The notes beneath the pieces are model-generated. The model was not told the origin of the DNA. It did not search any database and worked only from the letters and a program-made list of their open reading frames with translations. Shown here piece after piece: positions 20,737-31,289 of a stretch of 64,000 nt of DNA. Position numbers and translations under genes: made by a program. Numbering within the stretch: position 1 is the stretch's first letter; the number at the start of each line of letters is the position of its first letter. The stretch spans positions 32,001 through 96,000 of the forward strand of contig JBESAV010000001.1 of assembly GCA_041242255.1 (NCBI GenBank), given 5' to 3'. The stretch comes from Candidatus Altimarinota bacterium. Its GTDB lineage: Bacteria; Patescibacteriota; Gracilibacteria; UBA1369; GCA-2718715.

Positions 20737-21414
20737 ATGGAAACTTTTACTAAAAACATAGAGCAAAAAAACACTCCCCTAAAAAACCCTTTCCCAAAGT
20801 CTCTAACAGCCGGACTACTAACTCTTTTAGCTGCCTGTGCAACTCCTCAAAAAAATACTGAAACACCACAAGATCTACCAGCTCTTGAGTGCGATGACTA
20901 CAGCTGCCACCCAGAGTTCACCTTCAGAGCTAGAAAAGTAGAGGCTATCCAAACTCCTTTCCAAATCCTAAACACTTTCAAACAAGACCATGACTTCCCA
21001 AATGCATACGCAGAACTCCACCTAACTGAAGCCAACTGCCGCGGAAGATGCGACTTTGAGGTAGCTGATACACTAAAAAAAATTATCAAATTCCACAACC
21101 AAAACGTAAACACAAATTGCAACAGATTACCTCAAACTGATGCCGACCTCTACCCATCAGAACAAGACATCAAAAACTCAATCCAAAAAGCAGATAAGAT
21201 CAGAAACAACCCTCAAAAACGTGAATACCTAGCCGGATACCCAGTTGTAGCTTACTCAATTTGTGATAATTACGGTCAATACCAAAGAATCCAATCGACA
21301 GTAGGTTTACCTCAAGAATTCCTCAAACCAGTTTCAAACTACGAACATTACTCTTACTACCACAACCTTGGACAAAGCGCCTTATACTCAAGAGAAATGA
21401 AAATAAACCAATAA
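20737..21414 (+). CDS. Hypothetical lipoprotein
   Basis: LAAC lipobox; several Cys. Confidence 0.65.
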   Translation: METFTKNIEQKNTPLKNPFPKSLTAGLLTLLAACATPQKNTETPQDLPALECDDYSCHPEFTFRARKVEAIQTPFQILNTFKQDHDFPNAYAELHLTEANCRGRCDFEVADTLKKIIKFHNQNVNTNCNRLPQTDADLYPSEQDIKNSIQKADKIRNNPQKREYLAGYPVVAYSICDNYGQYQRIQSTVGLPQEFLKPVSNYEHYSYYHNLGQSALYSREMKINQ

Positions 21415-21466
21415 CACAGAGATTAAAAACACCTCATATCTCCGGGGGTGTTTTTTTGTTTAAATA

Positions 21467-21949
21467 TTAATCACACAAAAAATCCCTCACCACAAAGCCA
21501 GCCACTGAAAAAGCAACTGCCACATTCAAGGACTCCTTTTCACCATGCATTGGTATCTCCATCACATGATCACAAGCCTCCAAGATATCATCACTCAAAC
21601 CATCAGTCTCACTACCCATTACAAGGACAACATCCTCAAAATCCACTTCAATATCTATCTCAGCATAATCCTCAGCCAGACTCCCAGTTTCCACGGCAAC
21701 TATCACCTTACCATCTTCTTTAAGCTCCTCTATCAACTCACCACATATTCGTTCACTTTCCCAACTTATACTATTCTCTGCTCCCAAAGCAATCCTACTA
21801 AACTTAGGGATAACTATTCCATATTTATCTAAAGGACCAGGCGTGTAACCACACATCCAGATCTTCGAAACCCCAATCCCATCAGCACTCCTAAAACAAG
21901 TCGCCACATTCTGAATACTCCTCACATCATTTAATATCAGCTCCATCAA
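21467..21949 (-). CDS. TrmH/SpoU family RNA methyltransferase
   Basis: RSIQNV...FRSAD, GSETDGL, IPMHGEKESLNVAVA motifs. Confidence 0.92.
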   Translation of the reverse strand: MMELILNDVRSIQNVATCFRSADGIGVSKIWMCGYTPGPLDKYGIVIPKFSRIALGAENSISWESERICGELIEELKEDGKVIVAVETGSLAEDYAEIDIEVDFEDVVLVMGSETDGLSDDILEACDHVMEIPMHGEKESLNVAVAFSVAGFVVRDFLCD

Positions 21950-22364
21950 TCAAACCTTTTAAAATATTTTTGATATTATTATAAGTTCTATCTTCTATTA
22001 GATAAATGTCTTTACTTCCAGCTTCAATAAAATCACCAGCCAACTCTCCTAATCCCTCCCTAACTCTCAATCTTAAAAACAAATCGCCCTCTTCGCTCTT
22101 AGCCATATATTGCAGACTTTCTAAAACTTTATTAGTCTCTTCAATTAATTTTTCTAACTCTCCGATGTAAAACATCCTCAATAAAACCAAACTATCATCA
22201 CTATCCTCAATAAACTTATCTACTCCCAACACATTCAAACCTTCATCTAAATTCACAAATCGATCAAACAGATTTTTTGATGCTTTGACTGCATACCAAT
22301 TTTGATTATCAGAAAATGCATTCCAATTCCGCTCAAACGACAACAATTCGAACCCCTCCTTCAT
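21927..22364 (-). CDS. Hypothetical protein
   Basis: 145 aa ORF overlapping the start of the TrmH gene. Confidence 0.55.
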   Translation of the reverse strand: MKEGFELLSFERNWNAFSDNQNWYAVKASKNLFDRFVNLDEGLNVLGVDKFIEDSDDSLVLLRMFYIGELEKLIEETNKVLESLQYMAKSEEGDLFLRLRVREGLGELAGDFIEAGSKDIYLIEDRTYNNIKNILKGLIDGADIK

Positions 22365-22422
22365 TTACAAAAATAATATTACATGCTATAATTTAAAGAT
22401 TAATATTAATAAATCAAGTCCA

Positions 22423-23223
22423 ATGAATAATTTTGAACATATTAAAGTTCCAGCGGCACAAATTCTAAAAAAATATATAGCTGAACCAAACACCGATTTA
22501 AAAGTAAAATTAGAAGCTGCTAACCAAGCCATTGATGAATTATTTGAAGCAAATGCACCTCTATTTGTAGTTGCTACACCCGAAGAAGTGAATTCTGATG
22601 TAATTTTAAACATAGATGCATACTTCTATAAATCACCAAAGCCCAACCCAAATCAAGAGGTATATACCGTTTTTCCTTCAGAACTAGAAAGAAGCGAAGT
22701 AAAACCTAAATTTGGAGGTGAAGGTGAACAATTCAATGGAAAAGTACAAATCGAAGTTCTCTATGATGATTTATTAAACACAAATGAAGAACCTATTGAG
22801 TCAGAATTATACGATGACTTCTCCATAAACCTTATCAACTCTATAAAAAATAAACAAATCAACGCTTCAAATAAACTAGAAATAGCAGATCTTGGTGTTG
22901 AAACATTATTAGACAGTGGTTACAGACCATATATAATCGCAAAAGATGAAAACGAAATTCAATCATTACTAAAAACTGGTTTATCTAAAAACTTTTCAGG
23001 ACATATTTACCTAGGAATTGAACCACCAACTTCAGGAACAATAATAGAACTAAATATAACTGACCCTGAGAACCTAAAACCAGTTTTTGGAGGATCTGAA
23101 TCAGTATTTGCAGGTAGAGTAAATAATCTAGAAACCATTTCCAAAAAACTAATGAAGGTAAACGAAATTGCAACAGCTAGCTCAGATACGAATTCACAAG
23201 TACAAGAAAGTCTAGCCTCTTAA
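22423..23223 (+). CDS. Hypothetical protein with internal domain duplication
   Basis: Two KPxFGGxxxxFxGxV motifs. Confidence 0.6.
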   Translation: MNNFEHIKVPAAQILKKYIAEPNTDLKVKLEAANQAIDELFEANAPLFVVATPEEVNSDVILNIDAYFYKSPKPNPNQEVYTVFPSELERSEVKPKFGGEGEQFNGKVQIEVLYDDLLNTNEEPIESELYDDFSINLINSIKNKQINASNKLEIADLGVETLLDSGYRPYIIAKDENEIQSLLKTGLSKNFSGHIYLGIEPPTSGTIIELNITDPENLKPVFGGSESVFAGRVNNLETISKKLMKVNEIATASSDTNSQVQESLAS

Positions 23224-23442
23224 AAACTCCTCATAACTTGGAAACCACCATCCTTCCATAAGCCCAATTTTAGTTCCACCAAAATCAAAGTACGGCTCAT
23301 AATCACTTCTCTCACCGAAGTAAGCCGTGCTTTTTTCACCGTGATCTATCATCTCTTCATTTTCACCTCCATCAGCAAACCCAACCAAACTTCCACCAAA
23401 AATCACTACAGAAACCAACGCAACTCCTATTAATCTTCTCAT
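23212..23442 (-). CDS. Small secreted hypothetical protein
   Basis: Signal-like N-terminus; directly follows msrB. Confidence 0.5.
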   Translation of the reverse strand: MRRLIGVALVSVVIFGGSLVGFADGGENEEMIDHGEKSTAYFGERSDYEPYFDFGGTKIGLMEGWWFPSYEEFLRG

Positions 23443-23450
23443 AACAATAA

Positions 23451-23846
23451 TTATTTTTCTTCATTATTACCATCTCTATCCTCAAAGTCCAATACACATG
23501 AGTTGATACAATACCTCTGACCACTTTCTCCAGGCCCATCTGGAAACACGTGTCCAAGATGCGCATCACAATTTGCACAACGAACTTCAACCCTATTCAT
23601 CCCATGAGAAACATCTTCCACAAACTTTACAGCATCCTCATACACAGGATCAGTAAAACTAGGCCACCCACTTCCAGAATTATACTTAGTCCCACTATCA
23701 AACAGCACCTCTCCACAAACCAAACACCTAAAAACACCATCCCCCTTAAAGTCATTGTACTTTCCAGAAAAAGGGGCTTCTGTTCCCTTCTCTTTAGCTA
23801 CTCTTACTTGCTCCTCAGTTAAGCTTTCTCCTTTATAATTCTCCAT
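23451..23846 (-). CDS. msrB: Peptide-methionine (R)-S-oxide reductase
   Basis: [26 protein letters not shown] motifs. Confidence 0.97.
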   Translation of the reverse strand: MENYKGESLTEEQVRVAKEKGTEAPFSGKYNDFKGDGVFRCLVCGEVLFDSGTKYNSGSGWPSFTDPVYEDAVKFVEDVSHGMNRVEVRCANCDAHLGHVFPDGPGESGQRYCINSCVLDFEDRDGNNEEK

Positions 23847-23884
23847 AATTTATTTTTAAATATACAACCTTCACCCACAAATAT

Positions 23885-24385
23885 CTAAACCACATGACAA
23901 GCTCCTCCACCATTTTTCTGAAAGTATTTCTGATGATACTCTTCAGCCTTCCAAAATTTCCCCATCGGTTCAATCAATGTCACAATCTTTCTCTCATACT
24001 CAGGCATAAGTTCTTTTTTTATGTCTTCAGCTATCTTTTTTTCAGCATCAGTTTCATACAAAACAATCGACCTATACTGACTTCCATAGTCAGGCCCTTG
24101 TCGATTAAATTGAGTTGGATTGTGAATCTCAAAAAACTTTCTAACTAAATCATCATAATCCACCTCAGTAGAGTCATAAATCACATGAACCACCTCAGCA
24201 TGCTCAGTTTCTCCACTACAAACCTCCTTATAAGTCGGATTTGGATATTCCTCATCATCTCCACCTGCATATCCCACCTCAGTATCCACAACCCCGTCCA
24301 TTTTCAAAAAAGCCTCTTCCACTCCCCAAAAACACCCAGCTCCGAAATACGCATGTTTCCAATCAGCAGACATAGATAAATTCAT
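23885..24385 (-). CDS. msrA: Peptide-methionine (S)-S-oxide reductase
   Basis: GCFWG, RQGPDYGSQYRS, AEEYHQ motifs. Confidence 0.97.
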   Translation of the reverse strand: MNLSMSADWKHAYFGAGCFWGVEEAFLKMDGVVDTEVGYAGGDDEEYPNPTYKEVCSGETEHAEVVHVIYDSTEVDYDDLVRKFFEIHNPTQFNRQGPDYGSQYRSIVLYETDAEKKIAEDIKKELMPEYERKIVTLIEPMGKFWKAEEYHQKYFQKNGGGACHVV

Positions 24386-24496
24386 ATAAATAATTAAACT
24401 ATCCTAATTATACACCTACCAAATACATTCCGAAACAATACAAAAAACTGACCCACAACTCTAAGTTACAGATCAGCTAAGTTTCACATCTAAAAT

Positions 24497-27400
24497 TTAC
24501 AACTTACTAAAAGTTTCATCTAAAAGCTGTCTAACCTCAGTGTCCTCCAATGTTTTCTCAGGCATGAACTCATTCTCATCAACCCACAGGACAAGTCCAG
24601 CTTCAATACTAGCTTCAATCACTGTCGCAAACCAGTCACTAGTATCAACATCTACATAGTTCAAAGTATACTCCATAGATTCATAATCTACTTCCATTAA
24701 CCTTAAAGCCATGGCTAAAGCCTCAACTCTATATATTTCCCTATCAAGCTCAGCTCGTCCATTATCACCAAGTAAAACCCCTTTATCACTTCCAAGCACC
24801 ACGTACCAATACAATTCATCACTTGGCTCAACATCAGGGAAATCCTCACTTCCTGAAGTCGGAAGATTTTCACCAGTAATTTCAAGATAATTATCAAACA
24901 TAAATTTCAAGAATTCTCCACGAGTCACATTGATACTCTCAGGATCAAAAGTTCTAACTGGAGTATTTGAAAAATTATTCGAACCACCACCTGACGATGA
25001 AGTAGAGGTATTACTTTCTGGCTCAACTAATGATTCCTCAGAAGTTGTACCATCTACACTATTTTGCTCAACAACTTCAGTGCTTTCAATTTCATCACCA
25101 ATAGGCTCTTGATCAATTTGCTCTTCATAGAATTCTTCTTCAGTAGAACTATTATCATTAGACTCGCCTACAGTTCCACCACCTGAAGAGGAAGACTCTA
25201 CAACATTCGAAGAAGCACTTCCAGGCTGCGTTCCTATATCATAGACCTCTACAGTAAACTCACTTTCAAAACTCAAACCACCATCATCAGTAGTTACTAC
25301 ACAAATCTCATAAATATTATCTTCGTTTTCATCACGAGGAGTACTCGCATAAAAAGTATCTTTAGCTTTAAGCTTATCATCCTCAGTTACAAAGAATGCA
25401 TCATCTGCTTTCTGCACAGAACAACTCAAGGTATACACAAATCCATCAGGATTTTCTTCCCCATTATCATCCGTAGTTAAAGTTCCAATCGTAAAGTTTG
25501 GCTGCCTTCTTTCATTCAACCAAGCTTCATACCCATCATTCAATCTTAAATCAATCGGCGCTTCATTTACATTAGTAACAGTCACAAAAAGTGTTACTTC
25601 CGCAGTAAGATTTGGCTTACCATCATCCGTAGCATTCACACAAACTTCATATACACTATCTAAATTTGCATCACTTGGCTCCTCAAAGTTGAAGTCAGCA
25701 TTAGCAACCAAAAAGTCATTTTCATCTACCGTAAACAGAGCGTCATCAGCTCCAGCTACAGAACAAGTTTTCTCAAAGGTATGAGTATCTTCCTCATCTA
25801 CATCAACTGCAGTCAAAAGACCCACAGTATAATCAGCACCTTGATTCTCAGGAAATTCTCCAGTCTCAAGACCTCCTACCAAAACTCCTGTTGGAAACTG
25901 ATTGGCCTCAGTACAATCTAAACCATCATCAATAATAATCCATTCATACGGCTCAGCCTCAATCACAGCTCTCTCTTCAGCACCATGACAATAGTTCACC
26001 CCAGTAGCTCCAAACGATACTCCATTTTGAAGATCCAATTCAGACCATTCAATCAAAAGCACATCATAATTTTTAGTCGAGAAACCAGAACTAGTAAGCA
26101 TATTAGCTGCGTTCGTTACACTAGAAACATCCCATCCACTAATATCTTGATCAAAAGCAGAAGCACCAGTAAACATTTGGAACATATTTTGAACGTTTGA
26201 TACATTCCATACACCAATATCTTGATTAAAACCATTATTCACCTCAAACATTCTTTGCATATCTAAAACACCTGAAACATCCCACTCATCTAAAGGCTGA
26301 TTAAATAAATCAGCATCATAAAACATAAGTGCCATATCAGTAACATTTGATACATCCCAGTTATTAATATTTTGGTTAAAAGGAGTTTCAAAGAACATAT
26401 CTGACATATCCTCTACTAAAGATACGTTCCACCCACTAATGTTTCCATCAAAATCACTTTGCTTAAACGTAGCCGACATATTTGTCACATTTGATACATC
26501 CCAAGTCGAAACATTACCATTAAACTCAAGTGCTCTAAAAAACACTCTATCTAAAGAACTTACACCTGATATATCCCAATTATCTAAATCTTGATTAAAC
26601 TTAAAGGCTCCATCAAACATACGATCAATATTGGTCAAACTTGTAGTAACCCATGTATTTAGTGGTTGATCAAAAACTCTACAATCATAAAACATCAAAG
26701 ACATATTTTGAACATTTGATACATCCCATCCACTCAAATCTTGATTAAACTCAAAATTCCTAAAAAACATTCTTCTCATATCAGTAACTTGACCAACCTC
26801 CCAATCAGAAATATTTCCATTAAAAACATTAGCTCCCTCAAAAAGCTGGTTCATTTTAGTCAAACCAGAAACGTCCCAGTTATTAAGATCCTGGTTAAAT
26901 TTCCTAGCATTAAAGAATCCCCTATCAAAATTAGTCAAACTTGATGTATCCCATCCAGAAATATCACTATTAAACTCAAAAGCATTATAAAACAGTAGAT
27001 CCCCGTCTACTAAATTACCTACATTCCAAGTCGAAATATTCCCATTAAAAGAAGTTGCATTAAAAAACATTCTTTCCATTCTTTCTACATTTGACACATC
27101 CCAATTATCAAGATCGGCGTTCAAAGAACTAGCTCTCTCAAACATATAAGACATATCTGTCACTAATGACAAATCAGGAGCATCTGTAGCAACGATATTC
27201 ATATTATCACATCCATAAAAAGACCTTTCCATAGACTCCCAAGCAATCGTCCCCCATTGATCAATAGTAACTAACTTACTTGCATCACCAGTACTATTGA
27301 AATAAATCCTTGGAAAAGTACCAGAAATTCTAATAGTATAACTTCCTGGAGCCCCATAAGTATGAGTAATATCACCAGTTACCGCCAAATCAGTTTGACC

Positions 27401-27631
27401 ATCTCCCCAGTCCACATCGTAGTTATAAGTTGAACCTGCAAAAGTTGGAATAGTAAACTGGTCATCAGCTGACGTTCCCTCATTATCAGTTTGTACAGTG
27501 ATTACAAAATCATCAACCCCTGCAGCCTCAACTCCTGTATACTGAGAAACTGTAAAAAAACTAGCAACCAAACCAGCCACTAAAATCAAAAATGCTATCA
27601 TCAATGCATTCAAATGTTTGTTTATCATCAA
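24497..27631 (-). CDS. BspA/DUF285 repeat surface protein with PKD-like, cadherin-like and SLH domains
   Basis: DWGDG motif; many ~25-aa WDVSNVTxMxxMF repeats; FNFEE...ATDDG cadherin-like units; TRGEF/FPDV SLH tail. Confidence 0.9.
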   Translation of the reverse strand: MMINKHLNALMIAFLILVAGLVASFFTVSQYTGVEAAGVDDFVITVQTDNEGTSADDQFTIPTFAGSTYNYDVDWGDGQTDLAVTGDITHTYGAPGSYTIRISGTFPRIYFNSTGDASKLVTIDQWGTIAWESMERSFYGCDNMNIVATDAPDLSLVTDMSYMFERASSLNADLDNWDVSNVERMERMFFNATSFNGNISTWNVGNLVDGDLLFYNAFEFNSDISGWDTSSLTNFDRGFFNARKFNQDLNNWDVSGLTKMNQLFEGANVFNGNISDWEVGQVTDMRRMFFRNFEFNQDLSGWDVSNVQNMSLMFYDCRVFDQPLNTWVTTSLTNIDRMFDGAFKFNQDLDNWDISGVSSLDRVFFRALEFNGNVSTWDVSNVTNMSATFKQSDFDGNISGWNVSLVEDMSDMFFETPFNQNINNWDVSNVTDMALMFYDADLFNQPLDEWDVSGVLDMQRMFEVNNGFNQDIGVWNVSNVQNMFQMFTGASAFDQDISGWDVSSVTNAANMLTSSGFSTKNYDVLLIEWSELDLQNGVSFGATGVNYCHGAEERAVIEAEPYEWIIIDDGLDCTEANQFPTGVLVGGLETGEFPENQGADYTVGLLTAVDVDEEDTHTFEKTCSVAGADDALFTVDENDFLVANADFNFEEPSDANLDSVYEVCVNATDDGKPNLTAEVTLFVTVTNVNEAPIDLRLNDGYEAWLNERRQPNFTIGTLTTDDNGEENPDGFVYTLSCSVQKADDAFFVTEDDKLKAKDTFYASTPRDENEDNIYEICVVTTDDGGLSFESEFTVEVYDIGTQPGSASSNVVESSSSGGGTVGESNDNSSTEEEFYEEQIDQEPIGDEIESTEVVEQNSVDGTTSEESLVEPESNTSTSSSGGGSNNFSNTPVRTFDPESINVTRGEFLKFMFDNYLEITGENLPTSGSEDFPDVEPSDELYWYVVLGSDKGVLLGDNGRAELDREIYRVEALAMALRLMEVDYESMEYTLNYVDVDTSDWFATVIEASIEAGLVLWVDENEFMPEKTLEDTEVRQLLDETFSKL

Positions 27632-27719
27632 AGTAATATATTAAATCTTAATATAATACCATAAAAATAAGCCCCCAGCAACTCACCAAGGGCTTATTAA
27701 TCAATAAATCAATCTAAAA

Positions 27720-28808
27720 CTAAGACTTTTTATAATACTTATATCCAACCCCAGCTAAAATCAAACCAAGTATCACAAACAGCAGCCAACTATACCATAC
27801 TTTACCTAGTATAATTATGATCCCTCCAACCAATAGTGTAAGCACAAAACTCAATACACCAGCAGCGCCTTTTCCAAGGCTTCCTATTGCTGGAATAACA
27901 CTTAGAACTGTATGGAACGGAGCAAAAATCATACTAAATCCAACAAACATAAACAGAAGCGAAAAACCTCTAATCATCCACAATTTAGTCAGATATTCAC
28001 TATGCATTGTTTCCAAAGCCATGTCTTTAGTTCCAACATATAGTCCATGAATCTTTGCTTCATCTTCATAGTATGGATCCATCACTGATCTTTCAGCATT
28101 CCATTTACCAAAAAGTGTAGCCGTACTCAACTCAGGAACCACATAATACTTTATCCTAGCATCACCTATCTCAGGAGAACCAATAGTTCCAAATCCATTG
28201 AAAAGGTATTCCCCTTCTACCCACAAGTCATCAGTCAAAACTTCTACTTCACCAGTCACATCAGTATCAGCAGCTGGCATTCTCAATCCAAAAGTATCCA
28301 CATCCAAACCTGCAATGTTCATCATATCAGCTCTAGTAGTTGATATATCAAAATCATTATATACATTCTCATGTCCTTCAGGATCTTTAAACTGAGTAGA
28401 GTCAGGTACTTTTCTCACCCATTCTTTTGAGTAACTATAGGTGGTAGTCGTTGTACTAGATCCACCTGCATTAGTTTTAGTAGATCTATTTTCATCTTCT
28501 ACCCATGCATACGTCTCGACATCTCTTTTCAAAACCAAAGCATTTCCATATCTAGCATACTCATCCTCTAAAACTTCATCTACAGTCACTTCACCAGTCA
28601 AAGCCAAAAATTCTCCGTCCATTGTTTCAAGATTCTCAACTCCAAACTGCTCTAAGGCATTCACAGCATATTCCGAAATATCAACACTTCCTTCATTTGT
28701 AAAAAGGAAAATCCCAGAACCTACTACCAAAATCAATCCAATCAAAACTCCTTTGATAGAGTTCCCAATCCTTCCAAAGTAGGAAGTTGTTTTTGTCTCA
28801 GTGACCAT
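27720..28808 (-). CDS. TMEM43/DUF1625 family membrane protein
   Basis: LFTNEG, LKRDVE.Y.W.E, GHEN, PEIGD.RI motifs. Confidence 0.85.
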   Translation of the reverse strand: MVTETKTTSYFGRIGNSIKGVLIGLILVVGSGIFLFTNEGSVDISEYAVNALEQFGVENLETMDGEFLALTGEVTVDEVLEDEYARYGNALVLKRDVETYAWVEDENRSTKTNAGGSSTTTTTYSYSKEWVRKVPDSTQFKDPEGHENVYNDFDISTTRADMMNIAGLDVDTFGLRMPAADTDVTGEVEVLTDDLWVEGEYLFNGFGTIGSPEIGDARIKYYVVPELSTATLFGKWNAERSVMDPYYEDEAKIHGLYVGTKDMALETMHSEYLTKLWMIRGFSLLFMFVGFSMIFAPFHTVLSVIPAIGSLGKGAAGVLSFVLTLLVGGIIIILGKVWYSWLLFVILGLILAGVGYKYYKKS

Positions 28809-28899
28809 AAACTTAAATTAAATAACTAAAGGGATTATACATTTAAATTAGCCCTATCAAACAATTTTATTTAATATATCAACAAATTTAACAATCAAC

Positions 28900-29712
28900 A
28901 TGGATTATAAACAAGCCATTGAAACTGCTACTCGTCTGACCATAGAATACGCACCTAAGGCAATTCTGGCGATTATTACCTTAATCGTAGGTCTCAAACT
29001 CATCAAAATCTTCACCAATATTCTGCACAAAGCCTTCAAAAAAAACAAAGTAGACCCATCCCTTACAAGCTTCCTTGAAAGCTTCCTAGGAATAGGTTTA
29101 AAAATCCTACTCTTCATATCCATAGCCTCTATGCTTGGCATTGAAACGACCTCCTTCATCACCCTAATAGGTGCTGCCGGTTTAGCCGTAGGTCTTTCCC
29201 TTCAAGGCAGTCTATCTAACCTAGCCGGAGGAGTACTCATCCTTATCTTCAAGCCCTTCCAAGTTGGAGACTTGATCGAAGCTCAAGGTTACAAAGGTAG
29301 GGTTCGCAAAATCCAAATCTTCTCTACTCAACTCACAACCCTCGACAATAAAAGAGTAATCATACCAAACGGAAACCTCTCTAACGACAGCATCAAAAAC
29401 TACTCAGCTGAAGACAACATCAGGGTAGACCTTTCAATAGGTATTGGATACGGAGAATCCATCGATAAGGCCCGCCAAATCATCCAGGAAATCCTCAACT
29501 CAAACTCCAAAGTATCCAAAACCCCTGAGACATTCATAGGGGTTGAAGAGTTAGGAGATAGTGCAGTTGTATTATCAGTCAGAGCTTGGACAAAAGCAGA
29601 ACACTACATCATTCTTCCATTTGAACTAAGAGAATCCATCAAAAAAGCTTTCGACAAAGAATCAATCAACATGCCTTACCCACACAGAACAATTATTATG
29701 AAAAACTCATAA
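28900..29712 (+). CDS. mscS: Small-conductance mechanosensitive channel
   Basis: GAAGLAVGLSLQGSLSNLAGG, KPFQVGD, IPNG motifs. Confidence 0.95.
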   Translation: MDYKQAIETATRLTIEYAPKAILAIITLIVGLKLIKIFTNILHKAFKKNKVDPSLTSFLESFLGIGLKILLFISIASMLGIETTSFITLIGAAGLAVGLSLQGSLSNLAGGVLILIFKPFQVGDLIEAQGYKGRVRKIQIFSTQLTTLDNKRVIIPNGNLSNDSIKNYSAEDNIRVDLSIGIGYGESIDKARQIIQEILNSNSKVSKTPETFIGVEELGDSAVVLSVRAWTKAEHYIILPFELRESIKKAFDKESINMPYPHRTIIMKNS

Positions 29713-30327
29713 ACCGATTTCTTCTCGAATTTTAGAATAATTTTTCATATTAAAAACCAAAGCTTGCCAACCATTCTGGCGAGCTTTTTTCACATTTAAA
29801 GGATTGTCATCTAAAAACAAAAATTCTCCAGCCTTCAAGCCAGTCTCTTTGCAAAACACATCAAAAAACTCATCTTCATTCTTCATTACCCCATACTCAC
29901 ACGAAAAAAACATTTTCTTAAACATATTTACCTCATCTAGATTCCCAATCACCTCCATCTTATCAGTTGGACAATCCGAAAATATATAAACCGGTAACTC
30001 CTCACTCAAAACCTCATACAATAACTCCCACCCCTCATCCAAACGAGTGAAATTGTTGACCAGATCTTCAAAAACTTTAGCCGACCTCACTCCAAGATCA
30101 GCATAAACATTCCCCCAAAACTCCTCCGGCTCAATCAAACCACGATTATATTTCTTAAACAAAAGATTGTATTTACGACCATGCCTAGCAAATCTAATAA
30201 ACTTCAACCACCTTTTATCTCTTTTATATTCCTTATAAGCTTTTCCAACGACAGCAGAAAAGTGCCCTCGATCGAGGACACCATGCCAATCCATCACAAT
30301 AGCTTTCCATTTATTTTTGCTCTTCAA
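29707..30327 (-). CDS. HAD-superfamily hydrolase
   Basis: DWHGVL motif I; FLDD..NV motif. Confidence 0.8.
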   Translation of the reverse strand: MKSKNKWKAIVMDWHGVLDRGHFSAVVGKAYKEYKRDKRWLKFIRFARHGRKYNLLFKKYNRGLIEPEEFWGNVYADLGVRSAKVFEDLVNNFTRLDEGWELLYEVLSEELPVYIFSDCPTDKMEVIGNLDEVNMFKKMFFSCEYGVMKNEDEFFDVFCKETGLKAGEFLFLDDNPLNVKKARQNGWQALVFNMKNYSKIREEIGL

Positions 30328-31288
30328 GAACCTCTGGTTTATCTATATCTTTTCCAGCTCCTACACCATGAGCAATTCCAAACACCAACATCAATCCAAG
30401 TGTCAAAAATGGAATCCATCCAAGGAAAAATCCTACTACAATCTCAATAAAGGTAATCGGAACCAAGTAATTCAAACCAACACCATAAGCTTCAAAGTAA
30501 TCAAATTTAAACCCAAACATCTGTCCAAGTCCCCAGATCACAAAAGCCCACCAGAAATTCGTAATAAATCTCACAAACACTATCATCCCAAGCAAAATAA
30601 CAAACGAACCAATCCCCACAAATAACATCGCCATAGGTTCTATTCCTTGCCATCCATCTAGGATGAATTCTTTATCAAAAGTAAAATCTTCTGCCTCTTC
30701 ATAACTTTCAACAACAAACCCTTCACCTTCAACCTCAGCCATTGGGTTTGTCACAATGTATTGTTCACCAAAAAAGTAAAAACCTACCTTGTCCCTTGGA
30801 ATACTCTCTTCAGTCAAACCAAGTACACCTTCAGTATCAACAACAAACTCTAAATCTTCAGCATCCATACTTCTACCATCAACCTTAATCTCTCCTTCAA
30901 AACCTTCTCTCATACCCTCCCTAATTCCTTGTAAAAATTCTTGATTGAATTCACTATCCTCAAAAAAATCATACTCCTGTCCATCCAGAAGACCAGCTTC
31001 ACCGTCTTCTTTCAAAAACTCACTCAGTACAAATGGATCAGGTACATTTCTAGTACTCAAAACCCCATCTTCAAGCTTCACTTCAAAGTCCACAAAGTCT
31101 CTCCTAAAATCATCGGACAATTCACTTGTCATCCGACCAAATGACAGGACCATAAGTAAAGAACCTACCACTGATAAAATCACTCCCCAAAACACAAAAA
31201 ATCCTACAGAAGAACCCAAAGTAAAAAACTTACCTTTCTTCCAAAAATCTTTACTAAAAATTTCCTTAAACCTACTAAATAAAAACAT
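30311..31288 (-). CDS. DUF1189-like membrane protein
   Basis: One N-terminal TM, an extracellular loop and several C-terminal TMs. Confidence 0.55.
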   Translation of the reverse strand: MFLFSRFKEIFSKDFWKKGKFFTLGSSVGFFVFWGVILSVVGSLLMVLSFGRMTSELSDDFRRDFVDFEVKLEDGVLSTRNVPDPFVLSEFLKEDGEAGLLDGQEYDFFEDSEFNQEFLQGIREGMREGFEGEIKVDGRSMDAEDLEFVVDTEGVLGLTEESIPRDKVGFYFFGEQYIVTNPMAEVEGEGFVVESYEEAEDFTFDKEFILDGWQGIEPMAMLFVGIGSFVILLGMIVFVRFITNFWWAFVIWGLGQMFGFKFDYFEAYGVGLNYLVPITFIEIVVGFFLGWIPFLTLGLMLVFGIAHGVGAGKDIDKPEVLEEQK

Positions 31289-31289
31289 A

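Noticed and set aside
26000-27200. DGR or non-coding repeat array
   Set aside because: The ~75-bp periodicity is fully explained by DUF285 coding repeats; no reverse transcriptase or TR/VR pair is seen.
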